From Candidatus Obscuribacteraceae bacterium (GTDB lineage Bacteria > Cyanobacteriota > Vampirovibrionia > Obscuribacterales > Obscuribacteraceae): a stretch of DNA of 64,000 bases. The stretch is from assembly GCA_044229845.1 (NCBI GenBank), contig JBGASG010000006.1, positions 64,001 through 128,000 of the forward strand, given 5' to 3'. This document shows, piece after piece, positions 49,302 to 60,173 of this stretch (position 1 is the first letter of the stretch; the number at the start of each line of letters is the position of its first letter). The notes below the pieces were generated by a model, which was not told the DNA's origin, searched no databases, and saw nothing but the letters and a program-made list of their open reading frames with translations. Position numbers and translations under genes: made by a program.

Positions 49302-51101
49302 ATGCATCGAAAAGCACTGTCCCTCTCGATTTGCTTGACGAGTGCGGCACTCAATTGGCTAATGTCACCATCTGTGGTCTGCGCGCAGGATGTGTTCGGC
49401 TCCGAAGCAGATCCCTTCACGTCCGCCCACGATAACGACGCGACGCCACCACCGGCAAGCTTTTTCGTTCGTCCAGCTTCTACATCTGAAGCAACGCCGG
49501 CGGCAACTACCAGCCCTGCCACCCCGGCTACAACATCCGCCGCCGGTGACTTGACGATAGCCGAAACGCAGCAGATCACTGAACTACTCAATTGCATCGC
49601 CGGCATCGACAGGGCCCAAAAGAGTCTCGAGAACGAGGCGCCCGATACCATCGAGCGGGAGAAGGCTCTTAGCTACAACCGCAAAACTATTCAAGAATCA
49701 GAGCAGAAACTGATGGCGTTCGGTCCGCGAGCCATTCCTCTTTTGATCGAGGCGCTCAATCGGTCGGAAAAAGATGTTTCGGAAGCGGCGTCGCGGGTCT
49801 TGCTGGCCTTTGGTCCACAGATCGTCAAACCGATCATCGTCAGTATGACCAACAAAACTTTGACTGCCAATCGAGGCAAGTCAGCCGCTGCCGGCACCAT
49901 CGAGCAGCTAGGCAGCGAGGCTAATGGTGCGCTGAAAGACATGCTGAACAGCACATCAGACACAGAGCGGCTGGCGACCATGCGGCTGATTGGTGACATG
50001 GCGCCTTCGCCGCCCGGCGTGCACCGTGCATCTTCTTTTGGGTACTATCGGCCTTCCCGTGACTCCGACAATCAATGGGTCGTGCCGAGCAGCCTTATTC
50101 AGCCGATCTGCAATGCCACCAACGACAAGAGTGAAAGTGTCAGGCGCACCGCTGTGGAAACACTCGGCAAAATCGGTCCGCGCAATGCTGCACTGATTCA
50201 GACGGTAGTGCGGGTATTGAAAAAAGATCCGGACGAATCTGTCAGGCGCACGGCTGCCACCGCCCTCGGTGAAATCGGCAGCATGCAGAGCAGCGGACCC
50301 GCTGCTCATACGGTGGAGGTGCTGGAAGCCACCATGACCACCGATGAGTACGAAGGAGCGCGGATGGCCGCCGCCAAGTCCATCGGCAAAATGCAACAAG
50401 CACCGAATGCGGTGAAAGCGCTGGTGCTTGGACTAAACGATCCTGTGCAGATGGTCAAAGATTCCTGCATAAACTCACTGCAGAACATGGGCCCCGCAGC
50501 CGCCCCGGCCGTGCCTGACCTGATCAAATGCCTGGACACAACAAATGCTCGCCAGGCAGAAGATGTAGCCCGGGCGCTGGCACGCATTGGACCTGCGGCC
50601 GCCCCGGCATTGCCCCAGATCATCAAGATGGCGCGTGGCTCGACACAATACTCCTCCTTTAAATATACGCTTGCGGATGCCTGCAGAAATATGGGTGCCC
50701 AGGCATCATGTGCAGTACCAATGCTGATCGACATGCTTAAGGAAGTGGACAACAAGGGCAATCAGTACATGGCTGTCGATGCGCTCGGTGCCATCGGTCC
50801 AGCGGCAATCTCTGCCGAGTCCGCCCTCGTCGAAACTCTCAAGGATCCCGCGTTGAAACATCGCAGCGAAACCGCGCTCAAGAAAATTCGCGGTCAGTCG
50901 ACGGCGACTTTGGTACAACCAGGATCGATCGGTTCCGGCTCCGGAGCCACGATCATCATCACTCCGCAGGGAATTACCACGCAACCCGGCACGGGACCCA
51001 TACAACCGAATACACAGCAGCCTGGTATTACACAGCCACGCACCAACCCGTCACCCGCGACCCCGGTGGTGGCACCGCGCGCCGGCGATGAAATGATCTA
51101 G
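49302..51101 (+). CDS. Exported HEAT-repeat protein
   Basis: Signal peptide and repeated VRRTA..LG.IG / A.PAVP.L units. Confidence 0.88.
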   Translation: MHRKALSLSICLTSAALNWLMSPSVVCAQDVFGSEADPFTSAHDNDATPPPASFFVRPASTSEATPAATTSPATPATTSAAGDLTIAETQQITELLNCIAGIDRAQKSLENEAPDTIEREKALSYNRKTIQESEQKLMAFGPRAIPLLIEALNRSEKDVSEAASRVLLAFGPQIVKPIIVSMTNKTLTANRGKSAAAGTIEQLGSEANGALKDMLNSTSDTERLATMRLIGDMAPSPPGVHRASSFGYYRPSRDSDNQWVVPSSLIQPICNATNDKSESVRRTAVETLGKIGPRNAALIQTVVRVLKKDPDESVRRTAATALGEIGSMQSSGPAAHTVEVLEATMTTDEYEGARMAAAKSIGKMQQAPNAVKALVLGLNDPVQMVKDSCINSLQNMGPAAAPAVPDLIKCLDTTNARQAEDVARALARIGPAAAPALPQIIKMARGSTQYSSFKYTLADACRNMGAQASCAVPMLIDMLKEVDNKGNQYMAVDALGAIGPAAISAESALVETLKDPALKHRSETALKKIRGQSTATLVQPGSIGSGSGATIIITPQGITTQPGTGPIQPNTQQPGITQPRTNPSPATPVVAPRAGDEMI

Positions 51102-51107
51102 TTGGAT

Positions 51108-52061
51108 CTACTGTTCGTGCAAAGCAAGTTTCACCAGCAGCGGTAAATGATCTGATCCGATATTGGGTCCCGATTGGCGCTGCAAAGTTGCAAACTGATC
51201 GCTGATTAAGCAGTGGTCGATGGTGACGAACGGGAAGATGTGCGTCGTCCAGGTCGGCTGAAACCCGAAGCCCTGTTCACTGTCCTGTAGATTTCCATCG
51301 CGCAGCAATTGCGAAAAGTAGAAAGACCAGGGGCTGCAATTAAGGTCTCCCATGAGAATCACAGGTTGCGTCGCACTGCGCGCCTCGGTGGCCAGGGTCT
51401 TCATCTCAGGGTTGCGCAGACCCGATTTGTCATGCGGAATCACCGTGTGCGCCATGATTAAAGCTATGTCGCCGCCGGGCATCTCGAGAGTCGCCTTAAT
51501 ACGCGGTCGGCGAATTTTACCGGTGTACATGACCTGTGCACCGCGCAGCGGATAGCGGCTGTAAATGGCAATGCCGCCATGATGCGGTTCGACCACGCGG
51601 TACGGATATTCAGAGAGCCGGCTGCTCAGCTGCGCGTCCCACTTTTTTGTAATCTCGGAAAACCCAATCACATCCGGCGACTTGTCTTTAACCAGCTGCA
51701 CCACCTCGTCGTAGTGGCTGTTTCGTCCGCCCCACAAATTGAATTGCAGCAGAGTCAACTCCTGTTTAACTGATCCCGCAGCTTGCGCGGCCGGCATATA
51801 AAGCTGGACAACCGGAACCAGATTGATAAACGCAAACACTGCCAGCACGGACAGAGACTTCCATCGTTTTGCGACAGCGAAGATCAGGAGTGCCACCAGA
51901 AACGCCACCGCGTAGAGAACGCGCAGATGACTGAACAGCTCCGGCAGCCAGTGCACTTGTCCGAAAAAACCGGACATACTGATGCAACACAAGGCTACTG
52001 AGGCGCAGCAAACCACAAATAGAAAAATATTTGCCAGCGCTCTCGACAACCCAGAAGCCAT
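51108..52061 (-). CDS. Endonuclease/exonuclease/phosphatase family membrane protein (YafD-like)
   Basis: Three N-terminal TM segments; QFNL, PDVI..E, MGDLN, IDH and GSDHLP. Confidence 0.9.
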   Translation of the reverse strand: MASGLSRALANIFLFVVCCASVALCCISMSGFFGQVHWLPELFSHLRVLYAVAFLVALLIFAVAKRWKSLSVLAVFAFINLVPVVQLYMPAAQAAGSVKQELTLLQFNLWGGRNSHYDEVVQLVKDKSPDVIGFSEITKKWDAQLSSRLSEYPYRVVEPHHGGIAIYSRYPLRGAQVMYTGKIRRPRIKATLEMPGGDIALIMAHTVIPHDKSGLRNPEMKTLATEARSATQPVILMGDLNCSPWSFYFSQLLRDGNLQDSEQGFGFQPTWTTHIFPFVTIDHCLISDQFATLQRQSGPNIGSDHLPLLVKLALHEQ

Positions 52062-52191
52062 ATACCTTCCTCGCTGCTAGGCCATCCTATCGCATGTCGC
52101 TTGAGTCTGCTCGCACAACGCAAGGCGCCACCCTGTCGCACTTTTCCCGGTCGGCTAAAATAGACATTGGATTTCTGAGGCGTCGTTTGGT

Positions 52192-53040
52192 TTGTCATCA
52201 GGTGCATCGAAGATAAACTTAGTCGGCGCCCTGCTGATAACAGCGCTGGCAGCAATCGCAACCCTGTCGAGCCCCTTGTGCCGGCCGGCGGTTGCTCAAC
52301 CGGCTTCGACCGACAAGCTGGCACAGATCACTGCCCGCGGCAAATTGCTCGCTGAGTACGATGATGCCTGCTGGAAGGCAACCGATGCACTGGCTGCCAC
52401 TTCACCGGCACGCGGTTCCAGACGATTTTTTGCGCGCAAGGTAGGCAATACCTGGTGGGTCGTGTTCGGCCGACCGACCGCCGATCGCAGCGCTTTCGCA
52501 GTGGAGTACGAGGCGACCTGGGCACCGGGCACGCAACGTGCATTCGGGCGCAAAATCGTGCCACCACGAATCGAGACCAATTCAGACTGGCTAAATTATT
52601 CTCGTGCACTGGATACGGTGCTACCCGGTTACAAACCGCAAGTCTCAAACATGAACTATGCGGTGCTGCCGGCAGCAAATGGATATTACGTTTATTTCTA
52701 TCCCGGTTCGACTGAGCAAGGCACCTACCTGCTTGGCGGTGACAATCGCTATCTGGTATCACGCGACTTGAGCCGCATTTTGGAAGCGCGCACGCTGCAC
52801 AAGTCGATCATTCCTTATAGTGCGGAGCCAGGCAAAACTATCACCCTTGGCTATCACACCGCCATCGTCGATAACCTGCCGGAAGACACCGACGTGTTTC
52901 ACGTGCTGCAACGGCGACCTGCGGTGCCTGAGCTGGTAGTGACGCGCGATTACGTTTACAAGATTTTCAATAACGGCACCATTAAATATATGGGCACTGC
53001 CGCCGATCTGGAAAACAACAAACTCCACGTCGAAGACTAG
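52192..53040 (+). CDS. Exported hypothetical protein
   Basis: Signal-peptide-like N-terminus and a long ORF; start uncertain. Confidence 0.65.
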   Translation: MSSGASKINLVGALLITALAAIATLSSPLCRPAVAQPASTDKLAQITARGKLLAEYDDACWKATDALAATSPARGSRRFFARKVGNTWWVVFGRPTADRSAFAVEYEATWAPGTQRAFGRKIVPPRIETNSDWLNYSRALDTVLPGYKPQVSNMNYAVLPAANGYYVYFYPGSTEQGTYLLGGDNRYLVSRDLSRILEARTLHKSIIPYSAEPGKTITLGYHTAIVDNLPEDTDVFHVLQRRPAVPELVVTRDYVYKIFNNGTIKYMGTAADLENNKLHVED

Positions 53041-53041
53041 T

Positions 53042-54217
53042 TCAAGCTGCTTGCGGCGTAATGAAGAATTTGATTGCGCCCTGCTGTTTCTTGACGAAAG
53101 TCTTGTACGCTTCCGGGATGTCGTCCATGCCGATTTTGTGCGTAATGACGAAACTCGGATCGATCTCTCCGGATTGGATGCGTTCCAGCAGCATCGGCAT
53201 GTATCGCTGAACGTGAGTTTGTCCCATTTTCAGACTGAGCCCTTTTGCAAACGCAATGCCAATCGGGAAGTTCTGCACCACCCCCACGTAGACGCCGGGG
53301 ATGGAGACCGTACCTCCATTACGGCACACCTTGAATATTTCACGCAATACGTGAGGACGATCTGTCTCCAGCTTCACCGCCTGCATCGCTTTGTCCAGCA
53401 CCGCATCCACGGTGTGTCCGGACGCTTCCATACCGACCGCGTCGATGCATGCGTCTGGTCCGAGTCCGTTAGTCATTTGCTTAAGTGCGTCACTGATATC
53501 TTCCGCGGCGAAGTCGATGGTTTCGGCACCCGCTTTCCGGGCCATCTCTAATCGTTCAGGCAGTTCATCGATGGCAATCACTCTTTCCGCGCCCAACATG
53601 AAGGCACTGCGTATCGCGAACTGCCCCACGGGTCCGCAGCCCCAGACTGCCACAGTCTGTCCAGGTTGAATGTTGCAATTCTCAGCCGCCATATAACCAG
53701 TGGGAAAAATATCGGACAGAAACAAGACTTGCTCATCTGACATCGACTCCGGTATCACCACCGCACCGACATCGATATAAGGCACTCGCACAAATTGTGC
53801 CTGTCCGCCTGGAAATCCGCCGTACATATGCGAATAACCAAATAGACCCGCGGTGCCGTGTCCGATTAGTTTTTCTTGCATCTGCGCATTCGGATTGGTG
53901 CGGTCGCATAAGGCAAACATCTGTTGAGCGCAAAATGAACATTGCCCGCAGGAGATTGTGAACGGGACGACAACACGATCGCCGACTTTGACCCTTTGCA
54001 CGGCAGAACCGACCTCAGTTACTCTTCCGGCAAATTCGTGCCCAAGAATGTCCCCCTTTTCCATCGTTGGCACGAATCCATCGTAGATGTGCAGATCAGA
54101 GCCACAGATCGCCGACGCTGTAACCTCCAGAATCGCATCAGTAGGGGCCAGAATTTTTGGCTCAGCAACCTCTTCCACGCGTATATCCTTCGTACCATGC
54201 CATGTTGCAGCTTTCAT
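53042..54217 (-). CDS. Zn-dependent alcohol/formaldehyde dehydrogenase-like (MDR family)
   Basis: ICGSDLH, GHE, CGQCSFC...C and GCGPVG. Confidence 0.93.
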   Translation of the reverse strand: MKAATWHGTKDIRVEEVAEPKILAPTDAILEVTASAICGSDLHIYDGFVPTMEKGDILGHEFAGRVTEVGSAVQRVKVGDRVVVPFTISCGQCSFCAQQMFALCDRTNPNAQMQEKLIGHGTAGLFGYSHMYGGFPGGQAQFVRVPYIDVGAVVIPESMSDEQVLFLSDIFPTGYMAAENCNIQPGQTVAVWGCGPVGQFAIRSAFMLGAERVIAIDELPERLEMARKAGAETIDFAAEDISDALKQMTNGLGPDACIDAVGMEASGHTVDAVLDKAMQAVKLETDRPHVLREIFKVCRNGGTVSIPGVYVGVVQNFPIGIAFAKGLSLKMGQTHVQRYMPMLLERIQSGEIDPSFVITHKIGMDDIPEAYKTFVKKQQGAIKFFITPQAA

Positions 54218-54365
54218 CTGTGCACCTTCCAGTTCTGGGTCCTCAGGGGCGACGGGATGTCTGAGGCAAAGTTCCGCATCTCACGGTGAGCACGCTAGCG
54301 GTACTGTATATGGTGTCACGTCCTCCAACGGGAACCAAGGACAGGCTCTGACTGTCCAGTTAAAC

Positions 54366-55112
54366 ATGAGCACCGCATTCATGTACAAGCCGAGCCGAGC
54401 CCAGCAGAAGGAGCAGGAGAAACAGTGTACCCTCACGCAATGCTTGCTGGCAGAATTTGTCGGCACGTTATTGCTGACAGTTGTAGCCACAGCGCCAATC
54501 GTGATCGGTCAGCAATCTGCTGAGATCACCCACGCCGATAAAGTAGTTGCACCGGGATTGCTGGTGATGGCCATGATATACACTGTCGGAAATCTGTCCG
54601 GAGCTCATTTCAATCCTGCTGTTACTCTTGCATTTGCTGCTCGACGAGACTTTCCGTGGCGTCGAGTGCCCGGTTACTGGCTTGTCCAATTGGCCGGGGC
54701 TCTAGCCGGCGCCGGCTTAACCTCCTTGCTATTTGGAACCGGCGAGCACGTCGGCGCGACGTTGCCCCATGGCGGAATTGGTGTTGCTCTGGTCACAGAG
54801 CTGTTTCTAACTACACTTTTGCTGCTGGTAATTCTTGGTACTTCAAAAAATCACAAAATCGCAGGCAGCAATGCTGCTATCGCTGTTGGTGCCACCATAA
54901 GCTTATGCGGCATGATTGCCAGTCCGATCAGCGGTGCATCTATGAATCCCGCACGCTCGTTCGGACCAGCACTTCTCTCCGGCTCATTGGATACCTGGTG
55001 GATATACCTGATCGGTCCGTGCTGCGGGGCCCTGCTGGCAGTCCTCTTACTGTTTATGCTGCACGGACAGCACAACGTGGACGAAATTGAAGCAGCACAG
55101 GGAAAGGATTGA
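54366..55112 (+). CDS. Aquaporin / MIP family channel
   Basis: SGAHFNPAVT and SMNPARS; likely ATG at 54366. Confidence 0.93.
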   Translation: MSTAFMYKPSRAQQKEQEKQCTLTQCLLAEFVGTLLLTVVATAPIVIGQQSAEITHADKVVAPGLLVMAMIYTVGNLSGAHFNPAVTLAFAARRDFPWRRVPGYWLVQLAGALAGAGLTSLLFGTGEHVGATLPHGGIGVALVTELFLTTLLLLVILGTSKNHKIAGSNAAIAVGATISLCGMIASPISGASMNPARSFGPALLSGSLDTWWIYLIGPCCGALLAVLLLFMLHGQHNVDEIEAAQGKD

Positions 55113-55115
55113 TCC

Positions 55116-55904
55116 ATGGCGGGTAGGATATCGGTCGGCACCTCCGGCTGGAATTACCAACACTGGCGCAAAAAATTCTATCCAGAAGGAGTTGCTTCAA
55201 AGCATTGGCTGGAGTTTTATGCTGAGTCTTTTTCAACTGCTGAGGTCAACTATTCGTTTTATAGGCTGCCGAAAGCAGAGACGTTTGAAAAGTGGTACCA
55301 GCAGGTCCCCGATGATTTCATCTTTGCCTGCAAGGCAAGCCGCTATCTGACGCATAATCTTAAGCTCTCTCATGCGGCCGATGCGTGGTCACGGGTGATA
55401 ACTCCCATGGCTCATCTTGAGGACAAGCTCGGTCCGGTGCTGCTTCAGTTTCCAGACCACTGGCAAAAGAATTACGACCGATTGGCTGAGTTTCTCCAAA
55501 TGACGAAGAGCAACACGCCTGAAGTCATCAAACTGCGATTAGCCTTTGAGTTTCGCCACCAGTCGTGGCTCGCAGATGAGATCTATGAATTGCTGAGGGA
55601 GTACGATGCAGCCTTTTGCATTGTCGACTCCAATCAGATGCCACGCACGGATGTCATCACAGCTTCGTTTGCATACTATCGCTTTCACGGTCGCACCCGC
55701 AAATATGGTTCGCGATATACCGATGCGGAGCTGCAAGAAGAAGCTGCAGCCATGAAGAAGCTAGCTCGGCGTGGGACTGATGTATTTGCTTACTTCAACA
55801 ACGATGCTCAGGCTTATGCCGTCGAGAATGCGCAAACGCTTATGCACTACACGCAACTGGAGCGAGCACGCCGTGGAACTAAGGAGCAACGCTCCGCTTC
55901 ATAG
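55116..55904 (+). CDS. DUF72 family protein
   Basis: VGTSGW.Y..W...FYP, EVNYSFY, EFRH.SW, RFHG and YFNND. Confidence 0.92.
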   Translation: MAGRISVGTSGWNYQHWRKKFYPEGVASKHWLEFYAESFSTAEVNYSFYRLPKAETFEKWYQQVPDDFIFACKASRYLTHNLKLSHAADAWSRVITPMAHLEDKLGPVLLQFPDHWQKNYDRLAEFLQMTKSNTPEVIKLRLAFEFRHQSWLADEIYELLREYDAAFCIVDSNQMPRTDVITASFAYYRFHGRTRKYGSRYTDAELQEEAAAMKKLARRGTDVFAYFNNDAQAYAVENAQTLMHYTQLERARRGTKEQRSAS

Positions 55905-55936
55905 CGAAAAGCCCCGCAAATCGAAGAGGAATAGTC

Positions 55937-56824
55937 ATGGACAAGCGACTGGACAACAAAGTAATCGTCATCACAGGGGCCTCGAGCGGCTTCGGCAAAG
56001 GCGCGGCCAGACGTATGTCTGAACTGGGGGGATCGCTGGTTCTGGCTGCTCGTCGCGAATATTTGCTAGACGACCTTGTCTATGAGTGCGAGCGCCTCGG
56101 AGGTCATGCCACCGCTGTGCCGGCGGACGTTTCGCTGGTCGGCGATGTACAAAACATTTACGATGCAGCCATTGCAAAGTTTGGAAGAATCGATGTCTGG
56201 ATCAATAACGCGGGAGGAGCAGCGATAGGCAACTTCACCGACGTCCCCCTCGCAGATCACATCAAAGTGATCGAAACCGATCTGAACGGCACCATGTATG
56301 GAAGCTATTTTGCATTACAAGCTTTCGAGAGGCAGGGGTTCGGCACTTTGATCAACGTCGCTTCGATGATCGGTAGAATCGCTGCGCCATACTACACTTC
56401 ATATTCTGCTGCAAAACACGGAGTTATTGGCTTGACAGCAGCACTGCGCCAGGAAATGTCAGAACGCAAGCTCGACAATATTCACATTTGCTCAGTGCTA
56501 CCAATGGCGATGGAAACACCGTTCTTTGAACACGCAGCGAACTATACCGGCAAGGAGTCGGTTGCCATTCCCCCAATCAGCAACCCGATAAAAGTGGTTG
56601 AGACTTTCATCGATTTGATTTTCCACCCCAAAGCGGAAGTAGCGGTTGGAAAGGGTGGAGTTCTGTTCTCCATTTCCGATGCCATGGCACCGGGACTAAC
56701 TGAAGCGATGATGGCCAAAAATACCCACAATGCGCAGATAAAGAATGCACCGCCCGCGGAGCCGACGCCCGGCAACTTGATAAATCCGACTCCGGACGGA
56801 TCTGACGTCCGCGGCCGGGTTTGA
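55937..56824 (+). CDS. SDR family oxidoreductase
   Basis: TGASSGFG, NNAG and YSAAK. Confidence 0.93.
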   Translation: MDKRLDNKVIVITGASSGFGKGAARRMSELGGSLVLAARREYLLDDLVYECERLGGHATAVPADVSLVGDVQNIYDAAIAKFGRIDVWINNAGGAAIGNFTDVPLADHIKVIETDLNGTMYGSYFALQAFERQGFGTLINVASMIGRIAAPYYTSYSAAKHGVIGLTAALRQEMSERKLDNIHICSVLPMAMETPFFEHAANYTGKESVAIPPISNPIKVVETFIDLIFHPKAEVAVGKGGVLFSISDAMAPGLTEAMMAKNTHNAQIKNAPPAEPTPGNLINPTPDGSDVRGRV

Positions 56825-56839
56825 GGAGTTCTAACCGAA

Positions 56840-58411
56840 ATGAATGAGAAGAAACAGGACAGGCAGACCTCATCGATTTGGATGGAAAACTATCCCGGTC
56901 GTATATTCCCCACCTTGTCCGGCAACATCGACGCAGTAGATGTATGCGTTATCGGAGCCGGTATCACCGGTTTGTCGACAGCACTGCTGCTCTTGCAAAA
57001 CGGCAAGTCAGTTATCGTTCTGGATGACGGTGCGGTCGGCGGTGGCGACACTTGCAGAACGACGGCCCACATCACGGCTGTGCTGGATTCGCGTTACTTC
57101 GAAATTGCCCAGATGCACGGCAAAGAGAATGCGGCGCTCGTCGCCGAGAGTCACATCTCAGCTATAAACAAAATCGAATCAATCATCAAGCTCTTCGTGA
57201 TCGATTGCGACTTCAAACGAGTCGACGGATACCTGTTTGCTGCCGATAGCGACCAGCACACGATCAAAGACTTGAAACGAGAAATGGATGCGGTGCAAGA
57301 GTTGCCCGCGCTTTCCGCCCGCCTCGTGGATCAACTGCCATTCGCGCCGAATACTCCGGCCATCAAATTCTCGCGGCAGGCCCAGTTTCATATCCTTAAA
57401 TATCTAAATGCGCTTTGCGACGGAATCGAAGAGATGGGAGGACGCATCTTCTCTCACGAACATGTCGTTGGATTTGAAGACGGCGAAAACGTTCGCATAA
57501 TGACACGCAGTGGAAAGCAAGTTATTGCTAGCAATCTGGTGGTGGCCACGCACAGCCCGATTTCAGATTGGGTAAAAGTGCACACGAAGCAAGCACCGTA
57601 TCGGTCGTATGCGATTGGCGTCCCTATTCCCAAAGACTCTTTCCCTCTTGGACTCTACTGGGACACAGCAGAACCATATCATTACGTACGGGTTCAGACC
57701 TCCCCTTCCACGGATGAGGACATGTTGATCGTTGGCGGAGAAGACCATCGCACCGGCGAAGCGAACGATGCAGAAAAACGATTTGCGCGCTTAGAAGAAT
57801 GGATGCACAAGCGACTGGCGGTAACCGGCAGGGTCGAATATAAGTGGTCAGCTCAGGTCTACGAGCCTGCCGACGGACTTGGATATATCGGAGTGGATCC
57901 AGCTCACAGCAAATACAAAAATGTTTTCGTTTCGAGCGGCGCGTCCGGCGTCGGCATGACACATGGCACTATTTCAGCAATGTTATTGACAGATCTGATC
58001 AGCGGCGTAGACAACCCCTGGAAGGAGATCTATTCTCCGGCGCGCAAACCGCTGGGTGCGGTACTCGACTATCTCAAGGAGAACATCAATACCGCCGGGC
58101 AATATGCCAGACTCGCAGCCCCGAGCGAAGTTAGCGGCATCGAGTCTCTGGCTCCAGGAGAAGGTGCCATAATCCGACGCGGTCTGGATCAGATTGCGGC
58201 ATACAAAGATGAGCAGGGGCGTGTACACGAACTTTCAGCGCACTGCCCACACTTGGGCGCAACGTTGTGCTGGAACTCCTGCGAGAAGAGTTGGGATTGT
58301 TCGGCCCACGGGTCACGATTCGACGCTACCGGACAAGTGATCAACCCGCCGGCTAATTCGGATTTGAAACCACATAAAGAATCGCAGTCCAAACATCCAA
58401 AAGCATCGTAA
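56840..58411 (+). CDS. FAD-dependent oxidoreductase with a C-terminal Rieske domain (YhfW-like)
   Basis: GAGITG; CPHLG...WDCSAHGSRF. Confidence 0.92.
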   Translation: MNEKKQDRQTSSIWMENYPGRIFPTLSGNIDAVDVCVIGAGITGLSTALLLLQNGKSVIVLDDGAVGGGDTCRTTAHITAVLDSRYFEIAQMHGKENAALVAESHISAINKIESIIKLFVIDCDFKRVDGYLFAADSDQHTIKDLKREMDAVQELPALSARLVDQLPFAPNTPAIKFSRQAQFHILKYLNALCDGIEEMGGRIFSHEHVVGFEDGENVRIMTRSGKQVIASNLVVATHSPISDWVKVHTKQAPYRSYAIGVPIPKDSFPLGLYWDTAEPYHYVRVQTSPSTDEDMLIVGGEDHRTGEANDAEKRFARLEEWMHKRLAVTGRVEYKWSAQVYEPADGLGYIGVDPAHSKYKNVFVSSGASGVGMTHGTISAMLLTDLISGVDNPWKEIYSPARKPLGAVLDYLKENINTAGQYARLAAPSEVSGIESLAPGEGAIIRRGLDQIAAYKDEQGRVHELSAHCPHLGATLCWNSCEKSWDCSAHGSRFDATGQVINPPANSDLKPHKESQSKHPKAS

Positions 58412-58438
58412 GACGTCGAGATTGATTGGGCTATCGCT

Positions 58439-59152
58439 ATGGAAAACAGCAAACGTGTATTGACCATCGACATCGGTGGCAGCAGCACGAAGATGCTCGT
58501 ATCGGGTAAGCGCAAACCGATTAAGATTCCCACCGACAAGAGATTTTCCCCACAGATATTGATGGATGGTGTTGAAAGCCTTCCAGACGATTGGGAATAT
58601 GATTGCGTGTCGGTTGGATTTCCCGGACGCGTCAGCAGGCAAGGGCGAATTCTCGTCGAACCGCTCAATCTAGGAAAAGGCTGGGTCGATTTCGATTTCG
58701 AGAAGGAATTCAATAGACCGACTAAAGTAGTGAACGACGCGGTATTGCAGGCCGTGGGCAGCTATGGTGGCGGGCGCATGCTGTATCTTGGACTTGGTAC
58801 TGGCGTGGGCTCAGCATTCATCGTTCACTACCATGTCATCGACTTTGAGTTGGGCGCGTTGTTGTACACCAGCCAGATGCTGGCCGGAGATGTGATCACC
58901 AAAGAGAAACTCCGCACGATCGGCAAGCGTGAGTGGAATCGGCGCGTCAAAAAACTCGCCCGAGCCATGCGAGACGCATTTCTCGTCGACTACGTTGTCC
59001 TCGGAGGTGGCAATGCGGAGCATCTGAAAAATTTGCCGAAGCGTATCGTGCGTGGCGATAATAAACTGGCGTTCAAAGGCGGTCAAAGGCTGTGGGCACC
59101 AACTAAAGATGGCGAGGAATTCGTCCTCCACACATCTCATGTCGTTAGCTGA
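58439..59152 (+). CDS. ROK family kinase (polyphosphate glucokinase-like)
   Basis: IDIGGS, VGFPG, VNDA, GLGTGVG and GGGNA. Confidence 0.88.
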   Translation: MENSKRVLTIDIGGSSTKMLVSGKRKPIKIPTDKRFSPQILMDGVESLPDDWEYDCVSVGFPGRVSRQGRILVEPLNLGKGWVDFDFEKEFNRPTKVVNDAVLQAVGSYGGGRMLYLGLGTGVGSAFIVHYHVIDFELGALLYTSQMLAGDVITKEKLRTIGKREWNRRVKKLARAMRDAFLVDYVVLGGGNAEHLKNLPKRIVRGDNKLAFKGGQRLWAPTKDGEEFVLHTSHVVS

Positions 59153-59156
59153 AGTT

Positions 59157-60173
59157 TTAGAACTGCTGCAGCTCTTCGAGCGAGAAGATCTCACCCTGTT
59201 CATCAGCGATGAAACGCAATGCGCTTTCGTACAGTGGTTCTTGCGGAGATGGCTTCCAGGGCGTCTTCTGTCCAACCTGGCGGGCAATCTCTGCCAAGGC
59301 GATGGAAGCGGTCAAACGAAACTGATGATTGTGGACAGAATCGCCACATTCGATGAACGCCATCTGAACCCGCTGTGCAAATCGGCTGAACTCACCGATG
59401 ATCGAATCATCAATTACGGACTGATCGATCAAAACGACCAATTGGGACAACCCTTCAGCGAGTCGAGCTTTGTGCAATGGCACGACACCGGAGAGTCTGC
59501 TGCTTCCCCGAGATACACCACACACAACAATGACCGCTTCTTGAAATTTATATTGATGGTGCTGTTTCGTGGGAATTACCCTGATCTCGTTCTTAGCACG
59601 GCGAGCGGCGGCACGCGCCTCCCGCTTTAAACCGTGATTGCCTCCAAACCAGACGTTGTGTCGATCTTCCACGAACACCCGCTGCCAACCAAACGCGCAG
59701 GCAGACCGAATAGAACTGCCCAGCTCCACATGGTCGCTTCCTGCAATCAGCAATATCTCCGGTCGCCTTTTTTGCGGTTGACTCCTGGTCGCCATCGGTG
59801 CCGCAAATCGGTTGGACAAGTAATAGAGAACAACGGCGGACGCACTGGCCACATTCAAGCAGTTGACTTTTCGCGAGACCATCGGGATGCACAGCAGGGC
59901 GTGCGAGGAAGAAACCACAGCTACGTTTCGTGATTCCGCCGGCACGCGATAGCCATAAACACTCTTCGCCCCGGGTTGATTGTCCAGAGCAATAATCATG
60001 TCGTGTTCCGACACGACTTGTTCGAGCGTTGCCACAGAGCATTCGACTTGTGTCGCGATACCCTTTCGATCGAGCAGCGAGCAGTCTGCGCCAAACATCG
60101 TCGCGGCGCCGATCATCGCCCGAGCGTTATGAGGGTTTTCTATTCCGTCACCAACGAGATCGATTTTATGCAT
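59157..60173 (-). CDS. SpoU/TrmH-like RNA methyltransferase with a duplicated domain
   Basis: GIENPHN...A..FG, IPM....CLNVASA, and a second ELGSSIRSACAFG. ATG 60173 is the likely start. Confidence 0.7.
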   Translation of the reverse strand: MHKIDLVGDGIENPHNARAMIGAATMFGADCSLLDRKGIATQVECSVATLEQVVSEHDMIIALDNQPGAKSVYGYRVPAESRNVAVVSSSHALLCIPMVSRKVNCLNVASASAVVLYYLSNRFAAPMATRSQPQKRRPEILLIAGSDHVELGSSIRSACAFGWQRVFVEDRHNVWFGGNHGLKREARAAARRAKNEIRVIPTKQHHQYKFQEAVIVVCGVSRGSSRLSGVVPLHKARLAEGLSQLVVLIDQSVIDDSIIGEFSRFAQRVQMAFIECGDSVHNHQFRLTASIALAEIARQVGQKTPWKPSPQEPLYESALRFIADEQGEIFSLEELQQF

